Assembly (NCBI GenBank): GCA_000002435.2
Contig: CM018792.1
Length of the DNA: 64,000 bases
Reading direction: 5' to 3' (one strand)
DNA from: Giardia intestinalis
Taxonomy: Eukaryota
Shown one piece after another: positions 59,773-64,000 of this stretch. Both the position numbers and the translations under genes were made by a program. The stretch's first letter is position 1; every line of letters begins with the position of its first letter. The notes beneath the pieces are model-generated. The model saw only the letters and a program-made list of their open reading frames with translations. It was not told the DNA's origin and ran no database searches.

Positions 59773-61836
59773 CTTAAAATAAATGCCCTTTGGAGAAATC
59801 CTGACGTTTCCAAGGACGTCCGAACCGTTCTAGAAGAGCGATTTACTCCACCCGCTGGTTACTTCCAGTGCTCTTCCGGGCTGTGCTGCCGGCGGAACCC
59901 AGCAGCCCAGAGTAAACCCCTCATTTTCCTCACACGCTCCGGGACACCAGACTGCTCCATAGGCCGCCGGCCACGCTGGAGTGCCCCGAGGCGGCCCAGG
60001 AGAGTGCGTGTGCTGATAGCTTGTCCGCCAGACCCTCCTAGCAGCAGAGCGCCGTCGCGGCAGGAGAGCATGCCCCTTGCATCGGTCGGTCGGTTGCTGA
60101 GACCCCTGGTGCTCTGTCTGGAGCGGAGACTGCCCTGAGGGCCCTGTACGCTGCTCCCCTGCACCGACTGGCACAGCAGGGGGGCTGGATGCCGAGGGGC
60201 ACCTCCAGAGTCTCGGGTCTCTACAGGACAGGACACACGGCAGGGACATCTGCATGCGGGCCAGGAGTCCTGCTCGGCCCGTCCCTCGGCTGACGCCTTG
60301 GCCCCTCGGGAGCCCTGTCAGCACCACCGAAGGCAAGGACTCTCCAGGAGCGTTGGACTGGGCCCGCATGGAGTGGATGGCCCCACAGCCACTGCACGGG
60401 CCTCTCGGGCAGGGGGTCTCTCTGCCACTGCAATCTGTAGCAGCGTAAGGGTCGCCCCGTGTGCTGCCCTCTTGCCGTGGCGGGGCTTCAGGCATGCCAT
60501 CGGGACTGTCCGACGGTCACCGGTTGGGCCCTGTGTGACAGCAACAGACGAGAAGACTGTCCCACAACGACATGCCCTCGCTGGAGGACTGTCAGCAGGG
60601 CGGGGGAAGCTGTGGCCCACTGGGGGAGTGAACGATCTCAGTGGGTCCAGGCGCACTGCACTGCGGGCCCCGTCGGGCCGGTCTCTGACGGGCGCCGCGA
60701 TCACTCTGCCCGGTCTGGCAGATCACGAGGGGTCTGAGGCCGGTCTGTTGGGAGGAGAACCAGGGCCCTCGCTGATGGTCGAGCAGAGTCACCACAGGGG
60801 GGCATGAGCTCGAGTGAATGAGGGCCCTCTTAGCAGCGCGCATGTCAACCGAGCGAGGAGAACGACATGGCAGACACCAAAGGAGCCATGACCTCCTGAG
60901 CCCTCTGAGGTTTGTACTAGGCTCGCTGGGCTTATCAATCTCAGGCTCTGGTTCGCTCGAGTGAGCACTGCAAGGGTGAGAAGGGAACCTAAATGGAGAT
61001 AAGCCTCCACAAGTGGCGGACAGAGTATCTGTGATCGACACTTGCCACTGATGCTGTCTGGCAACTTGGCTTTGCAGAGGCCCATTGAGTAGGCACTCCA
61101 GGCAGTAACAACGCAATCAGCTAGCCACTGTCTTAGACTGCTCTTGGAGACCTGCAGCGAGGAAAGGCGAAGTCCCTAGAGCTTGTTGATGCAGTGCCAG
61201 AGCTTATGCTCTTCTTCGATGATCTGCTGAGGCTATCTCAAAGGTTCCAAGACTGTGGAGAGGGAAGCTTGATAGTAGGAATTCATAATCACTGCTGCTC
61301 AGGACCCCGTAGGCCCTCCTCTCCAGTCATGGCGAGCTGCTGGGCCCTGAGAACGTCGGAGGGCCTTGCCGATGTGCATGGGCGGTGGGCAAGAGGATCC
61401 CCAACGTATACAGTTCACAGGAGCTGTTTTACTACAGGCTGTCAGGCTTCTTCCCCGACATCACGAGATTTTTGAAGCAGAGGCCCGGCAGGAAGAGGGT
61501 GGTGATAAGATAGCCAGGTTTCCAGCAGTGCAACAGAGAAGACCCTTGCTCTATCAGCGACGACTCGCTTCTGTTTCCGGACACAATCGAGCATTGACTG
61601 AAGTTACTCACGGGATCCTTGGGGTGTGCTCGTAGGCAAGGGTCCTAGCAGCACAACGCTGAAGGTGACTGGTAGATGGAGTGAAGAAGTCCGAAGCCCT
61701 AGTGCCCACCCTGCACTGGTGCCCAGCCGGCTACAACCCCACAATTGAAGTCATCTCTCGTTGGGCACTTGCCACACAAGGCAAGAAGGGCAGAGGGAAC
61801 CCAGGGCGTACAATCTGTGTTTGGTGCGCTATCTGG
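59773..61836. other. ~2.1-kb GC-rich segment without a convincing protein-coding frame
   Basis: Between the HAD gene start and the next ankyrin gene. Only short overlapping ORFs (≤221 aa) on both strands. Their translations are Pro/Gly/Arg/Ser-rich and low-complexity (e.g. MPEAPPRQEGSTRGDPYAATDCSGRETPCPRG…), as expected for non-coding high-GC DNA. Every other intergenic spacer in the window is <800 bp. Confidence 0.4.
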
Positions 61837-61908
61837 ATGATCTGTAAACAATACCGTGAATCGCAAGTTTACCAGTACACGCGTTTCCTTTGTGACCATG
61901 GAATAAAA

Positions 61909-62580
61909 ATGTCGTCTACAGATGATTCGGATCACTGCTCTCAGGAGTGCGACCGTACCTTGCCTCCTACGCCCGAGAATGACACAGACGATGAGTATAT
62001 GAGTGAAGACATTCCCACCGAGTCTTCAGAGATGGATGGTGAAGATGGCATGGACGAGGACGGCGTCACTGAGCTCATGAAGGCGGCCAGACGAAACGAC
62101 GTAGATGCAGTGAAGCGCTATATTCCTCAGCAGGCGGGAATGGTGGCGAAGTTTTTCAAGGCGGGAGGCGTAAATATATATGAAGGGACAGCCCTGATGG
62201 TCGCCGCGGTGCTTGGACACGCCGAGGTGGTGAAGCTGCTGATGAAGCACGAGAGTGGAATGATGAGCAGCGATAAGCACACCGCCCTTATGTGGGCGGC
62301 AGTCAACGGTCATACTGAGGTTGTGAGGCTACTCGTGGAGGTTGAGGGCGGCATGAAGAGGAGCGAGGGCTGGACTGCTCTCGTCGGTGCAGCATCCTTT
62401 GGCCATTTGGAGTGTGTTAAATTACTGCTAGAGAAGGAGAAGGACGTAGGCGGCGAGGTTGCCCTCTACATGGCTAGTACATGGGGTAACTCCGAGGTGG
62501 TGTCTTTTCTCAAAAGTAAGGGTATTGTAGATCCATACTTACAAATGTTGTCCAGAAAGGCCGTGAGTGAACGCGCTTAA
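61909..62580 (+). CDS. small ankyrin-repeat protein
   Basis: Track ORF 61681 starts with GTG. In-frame ATGs occur at 61837 and 61909; the latter has an A-rich context (gaataaaaATG). The acidic N-terminus is followed by 4-5 ankyrin repeats (TELMKAARRNDVDAVKRYI, TALMVAAVLGHAEVVKLLM, TALMWAAVNGHTEVVRLLV, TALVGAASFGHLECVKLLL). Confidence 0.6.
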   Translation: MSSTDDSDHCSQECDRTLPPTPENDTDDEYMSEDIPTESSEMDGEDGMDEDGVTELMKAARRNDVDAVKRYIPQQAGMVAKFFKAGGVNIYEGTALMVAAVLGHAEVVKLLMKHESGMMSSDKHTALMWAAVNGHTEVVRLLVEVEGGMKRSEGWTALVGAASFGHLECVKLLLEKEKDVGGEVALYMASTWGNSEVVSFLKSKGIVDPYLQMLSRKAVSERA

Positions 62581-62885
62581 CTGTTGATCGAGTTTGATGA
62601 TAGATCGGATTCCCCTCCAGCTGTGCAGCAAACAGACACCTCAATGAAGTGGTGGCTGTCAGTGGGGCACACAGCCACCCATTTCCTCAGAGGCCAGGGG
62701 AGCAGGCCTTCTCACCCTCGGTCAGCACTGCAATACTAGGGGTGGGTGAAACGGTCGCACAGGTGGTCTTCTCATCTCTTATGCAGAAGCCCTTCGTAAG
62801 CATTGGACCACTACAGATCTGTAGACACAAACCTCTGTGGAAACGGATCGTTTCCAAAACGGTAGATTACCAAAATAATACCAGG

Positions 62886-64000
62886 ATGGACACTTCCTCG
62901 TCTGAGCCTGCAACTGTGGCTCTCAGGGTCCCACTGTTCACCCCTAGGGAGCTTCATGAGCGGTTAGGTGATGGGCTTAATGAAAACACCATGGGGACAG
63001 TCTACTCTCTCAAGGGCTATCCAAACCTCGCTGTGCAGGAGATCCTCCTCGATGGCCTGGACAAGGGGGATCTGGACACCATCAGACTAGAGCTGGCCAC
63101 CCTTCTCGACCTCTCCCATCCGAGGGTCCTCAAGCACCACCAAGTAGTCGAGGACGAGGGCCTCATCTACGTCGTCACGGACCGGCACGACAGGACCCTC
63201 GAGCGCCTCCTCACCGAGCACAAACGAAGGAAGATCCCCGTGTCTGCCGGCGTGATCCTCTCCGTCATGAAACAGCTCGCCGCCGCCCTCGCCTATCTTC
63301 ATGGTCTCAGCGGGGTAGGTGCTAATGGGCTTGTCCACTGCGACCTCAGGCCTGCCAACGTCCTCATCAGCGCAGACGGGGAGCGCTTCGTCATCGCCGA
63401 CTTCGGCCTCTGCAGAAACACATTGTGGAGTGAGAGCACCATTGCAGGCATGGCAGTATACATGGCCCCCGAGATGCTCCTCCACAACGAGCCCAGCCCC
63501 GCCTCCGATGTGTGGAGCCTCGGGGTCATCCTCTACGAGATGGCCACTCTGAGGAGACCGGACTTCCTGAAAGGTAAAGACCCAAAAGACGTCTTCGTCG
63601 ACAGGTGGAGGCCGGACCTGAGCAGTGTCACCGATGGCTTCATAAAGAGTGTTCTGGAGAGGATATTCGTGCTGGAGCCAGAGGAAAGACTGACAGCCAG
63701 GGAGCTGCACGAGACGCTCACTGCGGCTGACATCCCAGTTGGTGAGCTGGGGGCTCAGTACGCGATGCTGAAGTACGAATGCGGATCCCTGAAGGCCGCT
63801 CTGAACAGTGCTAACGCTAGGATTGCTACTCTTGAGGCAGCCCTCGACGCCAGGTCTACTGAGATGGTGTCTCAGTCAACCGAGACTGCCTCTCTCAAGG
63901 ACGCACTTGAAGATCAGTGCAAGGAGCATCTGGCCATGATTAAGGCACTAGAGAATAGATTCACAGAATTTAGTGGTGGGATGAACACGAGTAGCTCCCA
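62886..64000 (+). CDS. NEK-family protein kinase-like protein (3' partial, runs off the window)
   Basis: Open frame from ATG 62886 to the window end; the track does not list it because it has no stop. Kinase subdomains: HCDLRPANVL (HRD-like catalytic loop), ADFGL (DFG), YMAPE (APE), SDVWSLGVILYEM. Coiled-coil tail. The glycine loop is not canonical and the usual VAIK lysine position reads AVQEI. The antisense ORF 63087..63710 is an artefact of the high GC3. Confidence 0.65.
   Translation, partial: MDTSSSEPATVALRVPLFTPRELHERLGDGLNENTMGTVYSLKGYPNLAVQEILLDGLDKGDLDTIRLELATLLDLSHPRVLKHHQVVEDEGLIYVVTDRHDRTLERLLTEHKRRKIPVSAGVILSVMKQLAAALAYLHGLSGVGANGLVHCDLRPANVLISADGERFVIADFGLCRNTLWSESTIAGMAVYMAPEMLLHNEPSPASDVWSLGVILYEMATLRRPDFLKGKDPKDVFVDRWRPDLSSVTDGFIKSVLERIFVLEPEERLTARELHETLTAADIPVGELGAQYAMLKYECGSLKAALNSANARIATLEAALDARSTEMVSQSTETASLKDALEDQCKEHLAMIKALENRFTEFSGGMNTSSS

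Noticed and set aside
59830-61116. GC-rich block as a ribosomal RNA gene fragment
   Set aside because: Giardia rDNA is GC-rich, which prompted the idea. I could not find the SSU 5' sequence I remember (CATCCGGTCGATCCTGCC…) or other recognisable rRNA landmarks. Left as an open finding rather than a feature.
63087-63710. 207-aa minus-strand ORF at the end of the window
   Set aside because: It is antisense to an unambiguous kinase frame on the plus strand (HCDLRPANVL, ADFGL, YMAPE) that runs off the window end. High GC3 of the kinase gene keeps the opposite strand open.
1-64000. Prokaryotic reading of the locus (operons, RBS, GTG/TTG starts as given in the ORF track)
   Set aside because: Many track ORFs begin with GTG or TTG. 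Gene content (VSP with CRGKA tail, HCMP, Protein 21.1 ankyrins, NEK kinases, NMD3, DHHC, GPI-EtNP transferase) is unmistakably eukaryotic and diplomonad. Starts were re-set to the first in-frame ATG where checked.

Overview
This window looks like a chromosomal segment from a Giardia-type diplomonad, not a prokaryote.

Three things point that way. Two variant-specific surface protein (VSP) genes end in the invariant ...GFLCWWF(I/L)CRGKA tail and are followed by the extended VSP poly(A) motif ACTYAGRTAGTRAAY. There are several ankyrin-repeat proteins of the Giardia Protein 21.1 type. There are NEK-type kinase-like proteins carrying ankyrin repeats.

I count about 38 densely packed CDSs with no evident introns on both strands. 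Intergenic spacers are often 16–60 bp.

Confident calls:
- a GC-rich surface-antigen island (5.1–12.3 kb) with a 5'-truncated VSP copy, a full-length VSP and a high-cysteine membrane protein (HCMP);
- housekeeping genes: myo-inositol-1-phosphate synthase, the 60S export adaptor NMD3, a DHHC palmitoyltransferase, a METTL2/6/8-type tRNA m3C methyltransferase, a TruA/Pus3 pseudouridine synthase, a GPI ethanolamine-phosphate transferase and a HAD-IIA hydrolase;
- tentative calls: a TtcA/Ncs6-like tRNA-thiolation protein without a recognisable PP-loop, and an RRP12-like HEAT protein.

The rest are orphan proteins, including proteins of 1760, 1300 and 1661 aa.

The supplied ORF track uses GTG/TTG as starts in many places. 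Where I could check, I moved the start to the first in-frame ATG.

No rRNA, tRNA, CRISPR array or clear mobile element was recognisable by eye. The oddities are the truncated VSP with a short tandem repeat at its junction, the PP-loop-less TtcA-like gene, a TTGACAA heptamer array abutting a start codon, a 22-bp perfect palindrome, and a ~2.1-kb GC-rich stretch with no credible ORF at 59.8–61.9 kb.
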